A program made the position numbers and the translations under genes. Source: the human T2T-CHM13v2.0 reference genome, Homo sapiens. From it: a DNA stretch of 64,000 nucleotides. Where the stretch lies: assembly GCF_009914755.1 (NCBI RefSeq), contig NC_060927.1; one strand, written 5' to 3'. A model generated the notes under the pieces. It had not been told where the DNA came from. It searched no databases and saw only the letters and a program-made list of their open reading frames with translations. Shown here piece after piece: positions 29,004 to 45,028 of this stretch; position 1 is the first letter of the stretch, and every line of letters starts with the position of its first letter.

Positions 29004-29770
29004 TTATTAATCAGCAAAATGGGATTTCACTGGTGAAATCCATAGCATCCCAGTTATGTGAATTTTTTGAATTAATTTAGAGACATAATACACCCTTGCA
29101 TAAGGGAAACGGAAGACTCTGGAGAGGCCTAAACCCTTAGGGATAACACCTTAGGTTTAATCCCTAAGACATCTGGAGACTCTGGGTAAACAAAATCTTG
29201 TGTCTGGAACATTGTTTTATCTGCTTAGAATGAGCATTTTAGGCAACAACGGAAAGCTGAGGTTTCATGAGATTTAAAGAATAGGCTACATAAAATATGC
29301 ATGCTGGCTCACTGTTTAAATGTCTGCTTGTGTCATAATCTGCAAACACACCAAAATAACTACTAAAATACCTACCAAAAGACCAGAGTTGGCCATGTGC
29401 AAATTGGCTTTGGTTGGTTTGTAACAATAAGGATGACCGGAAATTCAAAACATCAGAAATAAAAAAATTATACATATCCTGGGAGTGTTTTTGGACAAAA
29501 ATAATAAATAAATTAGATTAACTCAATCAAGATAAAAGCAGGCTGACAAGAACAGCACATTCAACAAGCAGTGTTAGGGCTTTACCCGTGCTGAGGTTCT
29601 TATGTTGTCTGGAGTAAGAGTGAATGGCATTTATTTACTTTAGACTTTTAAAAGTTAAACATATATTAAAATTTCTACAATAACCACTAAAGGAAGAGAA
29701 ACAATTTTTAACTTCCAAGCTAGTAATAAGGGAAAGTGAGATGAGAAAATACAATCCAAAAGAAGATATG

Positions 29771-30070
29771 AGCCAGGTGCAGTGGCTCACACCTGTAATC
29801 TCAGCACTTTGGGAGGTCAAAGGAAGAGGATTACTTGAGGCCAGGAGTTCAAAACAAGCCTGGGCAACAGAGCAAGACCCTGTCTCTACCAAACAAAAAA
29901 AATAGCCAAGCATGATGGCATGTGCCTGTAGACCCAGCTACTTGGGAGGCAGAGCTGGGAGGATCACTTTAGCCTAGGAGTTTGGGGCTGCAGTAAGCTA
30001 TGACTGCCAATGCACTCCAGCCTGGGCAACAGAGCAAGACCCTGTCTCAGAAAAACAAAAACAAAAAAGA
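29771..30070 (+). mobile_element. AluJ-like
   Basis: ggattacttgaggccaggagttc, agcaagaccctgtctc. Confidence 0.9.
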
Positions 30071-31701
30071 CAAAATGGAAGGAATAGTCTCTAATGTTTA
30101 AGAATTAAACACGCTTCTAAGTAACTCACGAGGCTAACAAAAAACAAATCACATCAGACATTAAAAAAATACAATAAGAAAACATTACATATTCAAACTT
30201 GTGGGATACATTTAAAAATGCTGTTTCAAGAAACATTTATAAAAGAATACTACTAGAAAAGAAGGCTGGTAATTAGTGCAATAAGCAAGTGACTTGAGAA
30301 ACTAGAAAAACAAGAAAACAGAATAAACTCAAAGAAACCAAAAAAGAAAAAAATAATAATGATAAAAAGAGAAAGGAAGAAAAGATAGAAGAACTGTTTC
30401 TGCCACTAACTGGTAAACAGCCAAAAAATCAGATTTTTTGGCTGTTTACTCTCCTTAACTCTCTTTTAGTTCCCCAAGGGAGGATCAGATTACTTATACT
30501 GAACACTATCTTTAATTGATATTCAGCTATCCTACATGTAACTTATATTTACATATACACATATGAATGTACATACATAAACATGTCTTTATGTATGTGT
30601 ATGTGTGTATAAGAACAGAGGGGTAAGGGTGGTGGCAAACAGGGCAGGGACTCAAGATAATTGTTTTTTTAAGACGGTTCTTTGAAAAGACCATCTTTGA
30701 AATTGACACTTTTGGCAAGAATGGTGACGGAAAACAAAGAGTCTGAAATAAGTGATATTATGAATAAAAAAGGGACCATGCCTACATATGCTATAGATAT
30801 TAAAAGGTATTAGCAGGATATCATAAATAATAATTTGAAAATATATCTGAAATGTTAAAAATTACTAGAAAAAAATAGCCTAGCAAAATTAACTGATAGA
30901 AAATCTGAATCGTACTATAACCATTAAAAATTTTAACCAGTAGTATGATATCACTCCTCAAAGAGAATTACAAAATCCAGGTAAATTTTACTAGTAAGAA
31001 ATGATCCTTAATGAAAATACACACAACCAACAAAGGATTAATATTCAGAATATAAAAGAAATACAAATCAATAAAAAGAACGACCCAATACAAAAATGAG
31101 CAAAAATCTTAAATGGGCACGTAACAGATAAGGAAACCTAAAGGACCAATAAATATATCATACCTCCCTAGTAAAATTCCCATTAAAATCACACTCAGAT
31201 ACCATTTTGAAACCAAAACAATGCCAAAAATAAGAATACCGATTGAAGAGAACATGGATCAATTAAAAACTGTTAGATGTTCCTGCTGAAACTGGAAATG
31301 ACACAGCTACTGAGAAACAAGCTGGCTTTATCCACAAAGATGTATATATAACCTGTGTTTTTACAAGCACTTTTTACACTAGTAATAACCTGAAAATAAA
31401 TCCATATCCATCAAAAGTAAAATAAATTGTAGTATATTCATAAAATAGAAAACTCTAAAGCAGTGAAATTTATCAATGTGAGGAATGTAATACTGAGTAA
31501 AGAGTGCAAGTTAAATATACAGTATGAGTCCATTTATATAAAGTCCAAAATATGCAAAACAATTGATTAGCAATCGAAATATATGGTAGAACTTTAATAA
31601 GAAAGGGTAAATATACTCAGGATTATAGTTACTTCTGAGGGGAGAGATGATAGGATCAAGAAAAGTCACATATTTGGAATTTAAAGATGATGTTAATGCT
31701 C

Positions 31702-31968
31702 TTTTTTTTTTTTTTGAAATGGAGTTATTGCTGTCGCCCAGGCTGGAGTGCAGTGGCGTAATCTAGGCTCACTGCAACTTCCGCCTCCCAGGCTCAAGTG
31801 ATTCTCCTGTCTCAGCCTCCTGAGTAGCTGGGACTGCAGGCATGTGTCATCATGCCTGGTTAATTTTTTTGTATTTTCAGTAGAGATGGGATTTCACCAT
31901 GTTGGCCAGGCCTGTCTTGAACTCTTGACCTCAAGTGATCCACCCACCTCAGCCTTCCAAAGTGCTGG
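31702..31968 (-). mobile_element. Alu (AluS-like), 5'-truncated
   Basis: Poly-T then gtcgcccaggctggagtgcagtgg...caaagtgctgg. Confidence 0.92.
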
Positions 31969-32301
31969 AAATGCACTGTTTCTATACCAACTAATATTTA
32001 AAAACAAGTGTCTGAAAATATTTCAGTGTGTGGTATTTGAAATTTAATAGTTATTTCCATCGTGGGAATTTTTAGACTTAAAGATAGCATCACTGACTAA
32101 CATTCATTTATAAAATACATATTTAAAAATGTTTTCTGGAGTACTAATAAGCACCTTGAAATTCTCCATAACTATGAAACTAAAATGGGGGGGTGGGGTA
32201 GGGCGAACCTACATGAAAGAATACTTCTCTCCGAGCATGAGCTATATGTATAACAAAAGTAATATGTAATTCATAACAATAATAAATAGATACTATCCTA
32301 C

Positions 32302-32466
32302 CTTTATTGGTGAAATATGAGAATGAGAAACAAATCCATGGACATTCTCAATCTCTGATAAGTTCTTCTCTGAGACATGAACCAATTCTGGACCTATCAC
32401 TTCATTTGTGATTTGTGGGGAAATATGCTCTTGAGGAGGTGTATCTTCATCCTGATACCTGTATTT
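32302..32466 (-). CDS. DLG1: DLG1 internal coding exon (MAGUK N-terminal PEST region), 165 nt, [55 protein letters not shown]
   Basis: Translation matches the DLG1 sequence as I recall it. The acceptor is ttattttctttacag|AAA and the donor AAG|gtagga. 55 codons, phase 0/0. Confidence 0.97.
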
Positions 32467-33226
32467 CTGTAAAGAAAATAAACATGAAGAAGCCCTGATA
32501 AGCAACATGAGTTTAATTCAAATCATGGTTTTCATAACTAGCCAAATACTCAATATTTAGCAATATAAAAAGTATATTTATGGTTTAATACATCAGATCT
32601 CAGAGAAATAGGATTTTACTTTAAAAATAATGCCAATAATAAAATTATTTAATTTAAACATTAGAAATAATTCAAAGCTAGGTGACAAGAGAAGACTGAA
32701 TATTGATTGCTCATTTCTTACCCAATGTTAACTGAATCATGTATCTCTAAGATAAAATTATTTAAATAAAGTCAATGGAAAAGCCGAAGTTAGGCACCTT
32801 AGTCTGGTTTTCTTACTCCGTTAACTTGTACACAAATTTTTTAAAAGTCAGCCATTTTAATTTCTACCTGAAAATTAGTTCAGCAGACAATCGCATTTTT
32901 TATTTTAACTATAATCTCTCTCTCTCTCACACACACACACCTCTATGCAATCTATTTCTAAAAAATTACCATAATTTTAAAAAAAGCTTCCTCACACCAA
33001 GCTGAGAAGGCCTATGGCATAAATAAAGACACACTGAGATAAAATATTCTTTCCCATCACCCTCGAATAAACCTACTCATAAAGAAAAGACACAAAACAA
33101 GGCACAATAAAAAAAGAATTTCAACAAGAAACCAAGGTTTATTAAGTTGCTCTTATCAATGATTTAAAAAAAAAAAAGCGAACATAAAGTGATATTTTTT
33201 TAAAAAGGCATACAAATGGGTCAGTA

Positions 33227-33764
33227 CCCAGCAATCCCACTACTGGGAAAAAAACCAGTCAATCAATTGATTGATCAGTAATTATTCCAAGAAGACACAT
33301 GCATGTTCACTGCAGAGCGATTCACAATAGCAAAGAAATGGAATCAACCAAGATACCCACCAATGGTGGAATGGATAAAGAAAATGTGGTACATATACAC
33401 CACAGAATACTATGCAGCCATAAAAAAGAATTAAATCATGTCCTCTGTGGCAACATGGATACAACTGGAGGCCATTATTCTAACTGAACTAACACAGGAA
33501 CAGAAAACAAAATACTATTATGTTCCCACTTGTAAGTGGGAGCTAAACACTGAACACACATGAGCACACAGATGGGAACAATAAACACTGGGGACTGCTT
33601 GACTGGGGAGGTAGAAGGGGGTGTGGGGTGGATGGCTACCTATTGGTACTATGCTTACTACCTTGGTGACAGGATCATTCCTACGCCAAGCCTCAGTGAC
33701 ACACAATTTACCCATGTAACAAACCTACATATGTACCCCCTGAACTTAAAATAAAAGTAGAAAA
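33227..33764 (+). mobile_element. 5'-truncated primate L1 3' end with 13 bp TSD
   Basis: atggataaagaaaatgtggtacatatacacc...cccctgaacttaaaataaaag. TSD aaatgggtcagta at 33214-33226 and 33765-33777. Confidence 0.92.
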
Positions 33765-35449
33765 AAATGGGTCAGTAAACTTAGAGGAAAAAACGCTCAG
33801 CTTCTTTAGTGAGAGAAAAAAAAAATACAGCATCAGCATTCAGAGAAATGGGCATCCATCATCACATTCACAGTAGAGGCCTTTTTCTGGAGGGCAGTTT
33901 GGCAGTATGTTTCAAAAGCCTTGAAAATGTTTTCACTCCTTGATCCAGTAATCCCACTTCTAGGAATGAGAGACAGTATTAAGGAGGAATATCAGTTATC
34001 TCTTGTATAGATAGGAGGAAAAATGTACGTTTGTAAATGCACACCAAAAAAAAAAAAAAAAAAAAGAATGGTAACTATGGGCTTGACTGCTGAAAGTTAC
34101 TATACAACCTCCAGTAGCACTTTTTAAACAACATCCTTTTGTGAAATGGTACAATCACACGGAAAACATCAATCTGGCTTACATCAACATTAGCTTATTC
34201 GATAGGATATAAGAATAATGTTTTCACAGATGACTGCAATTAGTTTCAAAACCAATAAAAAAAGGTTCTCTAACTTTATCCTGTAATCAAGGCTGACGTT
34301 AACATAAACATAGAAAACCTAACACAGTTTACATACTCAGTTGAGTGGAAACACAATCTAAGTACTCTCAGGAGTAGATATAAGGAAGGAAATGTGGTGC
34401 CATCTTTTGAAACTCTACAGGTACTCAACAACTTAGGATATACTTTAGAAGAGATACATGGATAAGGATATTCACTACAGTTTGGAATTTTAAAAAACTG
34501 ACAATAAACTGCCTATCAATCAACTAACAAAATGTCTAAAGAAATATGGCACACCCATCGTAGGAAATTCTACACAGAAGTTAAACTGACCAAAAATCTA
34601 CATCTTCTAATAGGACAAAGTAAAAACATAGATAATTGAATGAGGAAAGGATGTTTCAAAGCTACAGATATTTATATACACATGACATGTATTTTCTACA
34701 TAAAACTATGTATGTACATAAATATATTTAAAATTTTATATAAATGCACTGTTTAAACATTTTTAAGCAACACTGTATGTATGTATCATTATATATGTGT
34801 ATGTGTGTATCCATGCTTATGAATGTACGTATGTAATTTGGAGGGAAGTGAAAGGAATTAAAATTTAAAAAAGCCTCATTCTTGAAAGAAATAATTTTAA
34901 AACTATGTCTTTTAAGTATCTTTTAATTTATAAGTTCCCTCTTGATCCTTTTTTATTCCCTATAATTATGGAAAAACTCAAGGCATTTGACCTAAAGAGG
35001 TTCCAGTAGAATGACTGCAAAATCATGGGGCCCTTCAATGCAGACCTTTTGCTTCCGTATTTCCTGTAAATTGGTAGCTGGACGCAACAACTTAATTAAT
35101 CTCACGTTCAGTCCTTTTGGTAAGACTACAGGTGGTGGTGTGTTATTTTATCAGAAAGCATATAATACCTGTCTCTCTTTTTGTAAAGTTAGCAGCTCTT
35201 GATATTCAATGCCTAAACTAATTCATTCACTGGGATTTGCAAAAATTGTGACAAACTAATTCTATATTTATTTTTCATTAATGCAATGGAATACATGTAT
35301 AAAGAGATACTTCACCTACTATTTGGTTATCTGTTGGTATGGTTCACACAGGTGAAACAGGAAAAATGCCCTTATTTACTAGTTTTCAAGACAGATTTGA
35401 AAAATTGGCTCCCTGCCATCTCCTAAGGTGATCAGTTAGGTTTCTATAC

Positions 35450-36930
35450 AGCATTCAATGCAATCTCTATCAAAATTCCATCAGGCACTTTTCCCCCACA
35501 GAAACTGACAAGCTGATCCTAATATCCACACGGAATTGCGAGGAACACAGAATAGCCAGAAATAATCTTGAAAATGAACAACAAAGTACAGGGCTCACAC
35601 CTCCTGATTTTGAAACTTACTACAAAGCTACATTAATCAAGACTATGGTACTGGAATAAATATAGATATATAGATCAATGGAATTGAATAAAGAGTCCAG
35701 AAATAGATCCTGACATTTACAGTCAATTGATTTTGGACATGTGTGTGCCAAGGGAGAAAGAATAGTTTTTTTTAACAAATGATATTGGGACAACTGCATG
35801 CAAAACAATGAAATTAGATCCTTTCCTTACACTAGGTGCAAAAATTAACACAAAATTAACCAAAACTTAAATATGAGTTACAGTTAGAAAACATAAGTGT
35901 AAATCTTTGTGACCTTAGGATTAGGAAATCGTATCTTGGATATGACATTAAAAGCATCAGCAACCAAAGAAAAAACATAAATTGGACTCATCAAAACAAA
36001 ACAAAACAAAACAAACAAAAAAAATACTTTTGTTCATCAAAAGCCACTATCAAGAAACCGAAAAGATGACCCAAAGGGGCCAGGTGCGGTGGCTCACGCC
36101 TGTAATCCCAGCCTTTCGGGAGGCCAAGGTGGGCAGATCACGAGGTCAGGAGTTCGAGACTAGCCTTACTAATATAGTCAAACCCCGTCTCTACTCAAAA
36201 TACAAAAATTAGCCGGGTGTGGTGGTGGGCACCTGTAGTCCCAACTACTTGGGAGGCTGAGGCAGAGAATCGTTTGAAGCCGGGAAGTGGAGGTTGCAGT
36301 GAGTCGAGACCAGGCCACTGTACTCCAGCCTGGGTGACACAGCGAGACTCAGTCTCCAAAAAAAAAAAAAAAAAGACAAACCAAACAATGAGGAGGAAAA
36401 TATTACAAATAATATATTTCATAAGGGTCTACTGTCCAGAATACATCTTATAGCTCAACAAGAAGATGAGTCAATTTAAAAATGGGCAAAAGATTTAAAC
36501 ATTTTCCCAAAGAAGATATACAAACAGCCAATAAGCACATGGAAAGATGTTTAATATCATTAATCATTACATAAATGCAAATCAAACCCATAATGAGATA
36601 CTACTTCACATCCAACATGAGGACCATAATAAAAAAAAGACTGATAGGTGCGGTCAAGAATGTGGAAAAATGGGAACTCTCATACATTACTGATGGGAAT
36701 GAAAATGGTACATTCCCTCTGGAAAACAGTTTGAAGGTTCCTCAAAAGGTTACATGAAGTATCTTAAGACCCAGCAATTTCACTCAAGAGGGAGAAATGA
36801 TGCTAATGGATATGGAATTTCTTTCTGGGATGATGAAAACCTTCTGAAATTAGTTAGTGGTGGTAGGTGCACAACTCTGCGCACATAACCATATACTTTA
36901 AAAGAGTAAATTTTACACTATATGAGTACC
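35450..36930 (+). mobile_element. Old L1 (L1MB-like) fragment interrupted by an Alu
   Basis: ttcaatgcaatctctatcaaaattcc, acttactacaaagctac, aatgcaaatcaaacccataatgagatac. Confidence 0.85.
36078..36375 (+). mobile_element. Alu (AluSg/Sc-like)
   Basis: Full dimer with A tail. Confidence 0.95.
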
Positions 36931-37140
36931 TTCAAATTATTATAAAAATTATCATGATAAATTGATGGATTATACATAGCTGGTGATAAAATCTATTGAA
37001 AAAATCTTTTCTGAAGCTGAAATTGACATATCTCTAGCCAATGGGAATCTCTTAAAGTTTCTGAGTTCCCTTATACTTGTACCTTTAAGAAAACCTTTTA
37101 TAAAAATACAGTTACCAAAACTAAAGTCTATTCTCTATTA

Positions 37141-37467
37141 TAGGTTGAGCATCCCTAATCTGAAAATCCAAAATCCAAAATGCTTCAATTTTCAAAACTT
37201 TTTGAGCACCAATATATCACAAGTGAAAAATTCCACATCTGACCTTATGTGATGGGTTGCAGTCAAAACTCTGTTTCATGCACAAAATTATTAAAAATAG
37301 TGTATATAAAGTCCTTCAGGCTATGTGTATAATGTGTATATGAAACAAATTTCATCCCATCCCAACATATCTCATTATGTATATGCAAATATCCCCAAAT
37401 CTGAAAAATTCCAAAATCCGAAACGCTTCTGGTCCCAAGTGCTTTGGATAAAGGATGCTCAACCTGT
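37141..37467. mobile_element. Tigger4/MER46-like MITE with terminal inverted repeats
   Basis: Left end aggttgagcatcc and right end ggatgctcaacct are inverted complements, flanked by TA. Confidence 0.85.
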
Positions 37468-38349
37468 AATTATTCAAAAAAGAGAAACCTTGGGTTCATT
37501 ACAATTATTATTTGAGAAAGTACTTCCAAGTAGCTTTCAGGGCCATCATTACATTACACAGCAATATTCATCTGTATTTCTTGTTATCTAAAGGTTTATC
37601 TCAGCCTATTTCCAATTTTTTGTAACACTGAAAACTTCATATAAAACCAGTTTGCCAATAAAGTAGAATGTAGAAAACTAAGGCCTCCCTAAGGATGGTC
37701 CAAGTCTAACTTACCTAACACTTATACTAAAAAGAATTACAAAGTGTGATGAGGGTTAGGGATGAAGGAGGAAACATATTTTTAAATGATTATAGTAAGA
37801 ACATTCTAAACACATTTCCTCATCCTTTTTTATGTTTTTCAGGCCACTACCTTTGACATAAAACTTTACACTGCCCTTAATCTTGGTTAACAATATCAGC
37901 AATATTATTTTACTCACTACTATGACTTACATATAGGAATGTGACTAAATTACTACTTCATTCCTGTTAGATAATTTCCAGATATCTTTCTTTAGAAACA
38001 ATTTTCTGATTATGGAAATGATGCAGATTCCTGAATCTATTAGAAAATCCAAAATAACTAAAATTAAGGCCAAAAACTAAGTATTTAATAAAATATTTAG
38101 TACAAGGTTCTTAAATCAATACCAGACAGTTGAACAAATATTATTAGTGTGCAAATATCTCCCTATCTACCCCTCAAATACGTATTATTTCAGTAGTAAA
38201 TTTAAAAGAAATATTTGGTACCACATATTGTTCCATGCAAGCCAATATACTTCATTTTAAGAAAAACAGCAACACATTAACATAAAAGGAGCAGTGAGGC
38301 TTAATATGAATTCTTGAAACAGATGAGGATTAACATGTGTTGAGGAATG

Positions 38350-40030
<1,681 letters not shown>

Positions 40031-40861
40031 CATGAAAACCATAACAAATGTAAGATGAGAAGAATTACAAAACGAGTGATAACAATAAATGTAACTGTAT
40101 TATATCTGCATTTCAAGTCTATCAAGGAAACACTGATTGCTGCATTCCTGAGGAAGACAAAAAACTTCCAAATTTCTCAACCAGATTATAGAACCTGAAA
40201 ACACAAGAAACGACGCTCATTTTGAATATGAATTCAAATGTTTTGGAAGGAAAAAAAGCAAACTGAATCCAACACTATGATGTGAAATGTATCCCAACAA
40301 TAAGGATGGCTCAATTTTAAGACATTCATGTCTTCATGTATTTTACCATGATCATCTCAATGAACGCTCTAAGAACCACCTAAGAATCTCAAAATTTTAA
40401 ACCCATTCCTGATTTTAGGAGAAGAAAAACTCTTAGCAATACAGAAATACAAATAAACTTTTAAAGCATCTACCAGCAATCATATTTAATGGTGAAACAG
40501 GCATTCTTAAAGTGGCAATCAAGGCAGTATCATCTTACTCAACACTTCTCTAGCGTTTCTAACCAATATGCTAAAAACAAAACAAAACAAAAACAAGAAG
40601 TGTAATTGCCTAAAAGTGCAAACCAGAAAACTGTAAAAGAATTGTAAGGAGATGTGAGCATTATTTCTGAAGAAGTGTTCACAACTTTAACCATTTTCTC
40701 AAAGGGATCTGGGAAAATTACTTTAAATAAGTCTGCAGGGTAAGGAGGAATGCTGTCCGTGTCAGAGAACGATGCAGTCTAACCACTGTTAGATTTGTCG
40801 TAACAGTGACAGTGAAGTGGAAGGGAAAATGTGTATTTTGTGTACAGAAATGTTAATTTTA

Positions 40862-41150
40862 GGCCTGGGACAGGAGCTCATGCCTGTAATCCCCAGCACT
40901 TTGGAAGGCTGAGGAAAGAAGATCAGGTGAGCCCAGGAGTTCAGGACCATTTTTGAGACTCTGCCTCTACAAAAAATTTTAAAAATTAGCTGGATGTGGT
41001 GATGTGTGCCTACAGTTTCAGCTACTGGGGAGGCCGAGGGTAGGAGAACTGCTTGAGCCCGGGAGGTTGAGGCTGCAGTGAGCCATGATCACACCACTGC
41101 CCTCCAGCCTAGGCAACAGAGTGAGACCCTGTCTCAAAATAAAGTAAGTA
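40862..41150 (+). mobile_element. AluJ-like
   Basis: gcttgagcccgggaggttgaggctgcagtgagccatgatc. Confidence 0.9.
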
Positions 41151-42457
41151 AAATTTGTAAAATCTCCATCTCGTAAAATACTTAGAAAACTGTGTCATAG
41201 TCTGTGTCATGAACTTTCAAAAACAGTTCCAAAATCAAAATATTACAGTATCTCCATTCGAAAACTAGGTTTTCTGAAAGTCAAAAGTAGGATATTTTAA
41301 ATTCTAAAATTTATCTAATAGCAAATATTGTATCTCATGAATCCAGTACACATCATCAATTATAAGATGCCCCAGTAATTATATTTACCCCCAAAAAAGA
41401 AAAAAAAACCACTGCCAAATAAATTGTGAAGTACATCAATTGCAAATAATTCCAAATTTGAGACAGGTTAAAAGTAGAGGAAAGTACATTTTAAGATCAA
41501 TAAAATACATTAATTTAAAGCCACAGACATTTACTACATTTCTTCTCCAAAATCCTCACTTTCACTTTTGCAATCTTTAACCACTAAAAAATTATCCTTT
41601 CAAGAGCAAAACTATATTCTTGGTTTCAAGGTTAAAATAAATGGCCTCTGTCAGGGAAAAAGAGCAGTCATTAAATTGTATTGCTCGGGCAGGCAAGAGC
41701 CACAGCAAGCAGTAAAAGTGCACAAACTGACAACACTATAATTAAAATAGGGCTGGTGGGGGCCCAAACAACACAGATACTTTTAGGGTAAGGAAGACAA
41801 TGAAATCTATCCTATGCAAAGAGTCATACTGGGTTAGGAATGAATCTCTCTGTGGCAGAAGGCCCCGGTGTAGGTGCTTGTCTTTAACTTACTTAAATAG
41901 AGTACAAAGAACACCTTGCTCACAACAGGTAGCTCAAGAGCCAAGAGCTTTTCTGTTCTCCAGCTAAAGATTATAATCTTATTCCCACTGCTCAGTCTGC
42001 TCCCATGTATAGGAAAAATTATGTGAATCAGTGTGATTTCCACATTACACTGACTTCATTTTTCTACTTGTACATTTCAAATGAGCTAACCACAATACAG
42101 AAATGCATACGAAACACTATTCTTTTTGTTCTTGACAACGGTTTAATATGAAGCTGCAGGAATAGAAACAGAAGAATCCTATAACAATTGATATTAGATT
42201 GCTTGTTTTCCTGAACACGACAAAAGCTGCTACAGGACCAACTTAGAGCCACATCCAGACAAACTGTTTTCAAATGGGGTTAACTATGCTCTTTGTAAAA
42301 CACCTGCTACTTTGTGATAGGAACTACAGAATGATTTTCCCTCATCCATCAGTGTGTTAATAAAATTAGCTATTATATACATTAACTGGGAGCTGGAATG
42401 AAGATTTTAGGTACAATTAAACTATTGCCTGTGGTTAAACAATTTCTCCCAACTAGT

Positions 42458-42750
42458 CAGCTCTCCATATCTGTGAGTTCCATATCTACAGATTCAAACA
42501 CCTGCAGATGGAAAACATTTGGGGAAAAAAATACAACAAAAATAATACAAATAAAGAACAATGCAGTGTAACAACTATTTACGTAGCATTTACATAGAAT
42601 TAGGTATTATAGGTAATTCAGAGATGATTTAAAATACAGGAGGATGTGCACAGGTTATATGCAAATACTATGTCTTCTATGACTTGGGCATCAGCATCCA
42701 CTGATTTTGGTATCCTGAACCCAATCCCCTGTGGATACAGGAAGATGACT
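42458..42750 (-). mobile_element. MER2 (Tigger family)
   Basis: aactatttacgtagcatttacat...ggaggatgtgcacaggttatatgcaaatac. Confidence 0.8.
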
Positions 42751-43584
42751 ATTCATTCACTTGCTTGGAATAAAAAAAGCATTAAAAATCCCCGAAACCA
42801 CTGACAGCAATCGCCAAAAGGTTAAGGGCCAAGAAGAACAGAATTACTAATTCAAGCTTTTTAAGGAAGGAAATGTCATATACCAAGATAGGATTTCCAC
42901 ATACCAAACCATCTTGAACATACCAAAAAATAAAAAATAAAAATGTGTTCAACCTTCATATGATAAAGCTATACATGTGAAAAATGGTATACCTTACCAA
43001 TACTGGGACTTACTCCTTCCCCCAGAAGTAAAGCCTGGATTAGGGAAAGGGCGTGGGAGGAAGGGGGAAGCAAAATACAATACGAACAAAATTGTGTTGT
43101 TATGATTTTATAGGAAGATATAAATTTCCAAAACTGGCCATGACTGAATGAGATAAAGCCCTGAAACAATAATCATGAGAAAGGACAACATTCTAAAAAA
43201 AAATTCCTCAGAAATGACAAAAAAACTAGAAACCAATCTCACTTATGAATGTAAATACAAAGTTCCAAAACAAAACATTAGCAAAAGAGCTCAGAACATC
43301 AAAATATTACAACCCAAGTAGAATACATTCCAAAAATGTCAGAATAGGTAAATATCAAAAAAGCATTTCATGTAACTGACCTCATTAACAAGTCAGAAGG
43401 AAAAAAAATTAATGAATACCAAATACTCAACAAACACATCCATTATGATGAAAAACAACCACTATCACCTCTTGGAGTAAAACAGTACAACTGGACAGCT
43501 TCCTACTATAAACCAAACTAAAACCGACATTACAATTAATGGTGAAATATACTCACTAAAACTGAGAACAAAACTTTTCTATGG

Positions 43585-44038
43585 CAGCTATAGTAAGTTA
43601 CCAAACATAGTGGCTTAAAACAACCCACATTTTTGTAGTTCTGTAGTTGAGAAGTCCAAAATGTGTCTGAGGAGGCTCTACAGAAGAATCTCTTTTCTTG
43701 CCTTTTCCAGTTTCTGGGGACTGTCTATATACATTGCTTGGCAGGGGGCCCACTTCCTCCATCTTCAAAGCCACCAATGTCAGGCCAAGTCCTTCTCATG
43801 CTGTCATCTCTCGGATTCTGTTTTCCAATTCCTTCTTCCAAGGAAACTTTGGGTCCACCCAAATAATTTAGGATAATCTCCCTATCTTAAAATCAGTTTA
43901 TTAAAAACCTTATTTCCATTTGTGACGTTAATTTCCTTTTGCCATGTATTCACAGGTTCAAGGGGCTATCTATAGGGCACAGACATCTTTGAGGGGGGCA
44001 GAAGGGTAGGCAGGGAGGGCATTATTCTGACTATTACA
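43585..44038 (-). mobile_element. MLT1-type MaLR LTR
   Basis: gtggcttaaaacaac...cttgccttttccagtttctgggg...ggataatctccctatcttaa. Confidence 0.75.
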
Positions 44039-44121
44039 GTATGCTCCTGAAAAGTAAACAAAGAAATCCATGACGTAAAGGGTCAAATGATTTCTACGGA
44101 TTCTTCTAAGATGGCATTTAA

Positions 44122-44459
<338 letters not shown>

Positions 44460-44844
44460 TTGATTTATAGTATCTTTCTATTCACCAAAAAGTCAACCAT
44501 TAATCTGATTAATGGGGAAACACATCATTTGCATTAAAGTCAGAAATAAGCATATCATTATAACTACTGCTAACACTTTTCAGGAGATACAAGAAAAAAA
44601 ACTATGAGATAAAAAAATTAGAAGGACAAGGATAAAATTACCACAATTTACAGATCACCTGATGGTAAATCCAGAAAATCCAAGAGAAATGTAAAAAATT
44701 AATAAATAAATAAAAATAAAGAACGATATACCAACAATAAACAATAAAAGATTTCAGTTAGGTATCCAGGTAGAAAATGAATATATAGATATCGATTGCT
44801 TTCATTTAACTAAGTATGCTGGAAATTCTGTTGGACTGCTTTCA

Positions 44845-45028
44845 AGTAGGACCTGCCACCTGTTTTTGTAATGAAGTTGTAGTGGAACACAGCCACACTC
44901 ATTCTCATTTCCATGTATGATGTATGGCTGCTTTCTAGCTGCCTCTGTGATGCGGTGGTGGAGCTGGGAAGCAGACGGCCCACAGAGCCTAAAATATTCA
45001 CTATCTGGTCCTTTACGCAAAGTTTGCT
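44845..45028 (-). mobile_element. MER58-like hAT element
   Basis: ggaacacagccacactcattc...cctaaaatattcactatctggtcctttac. Confidence 0.75.

Noticed and set aside
42064-42110. MHFCIVVSSFEMYK as a PSD-95-alpha-like N-terminus
   Set aside because: Single Cys, and it ends in a stop rather than a phase-0 donor.
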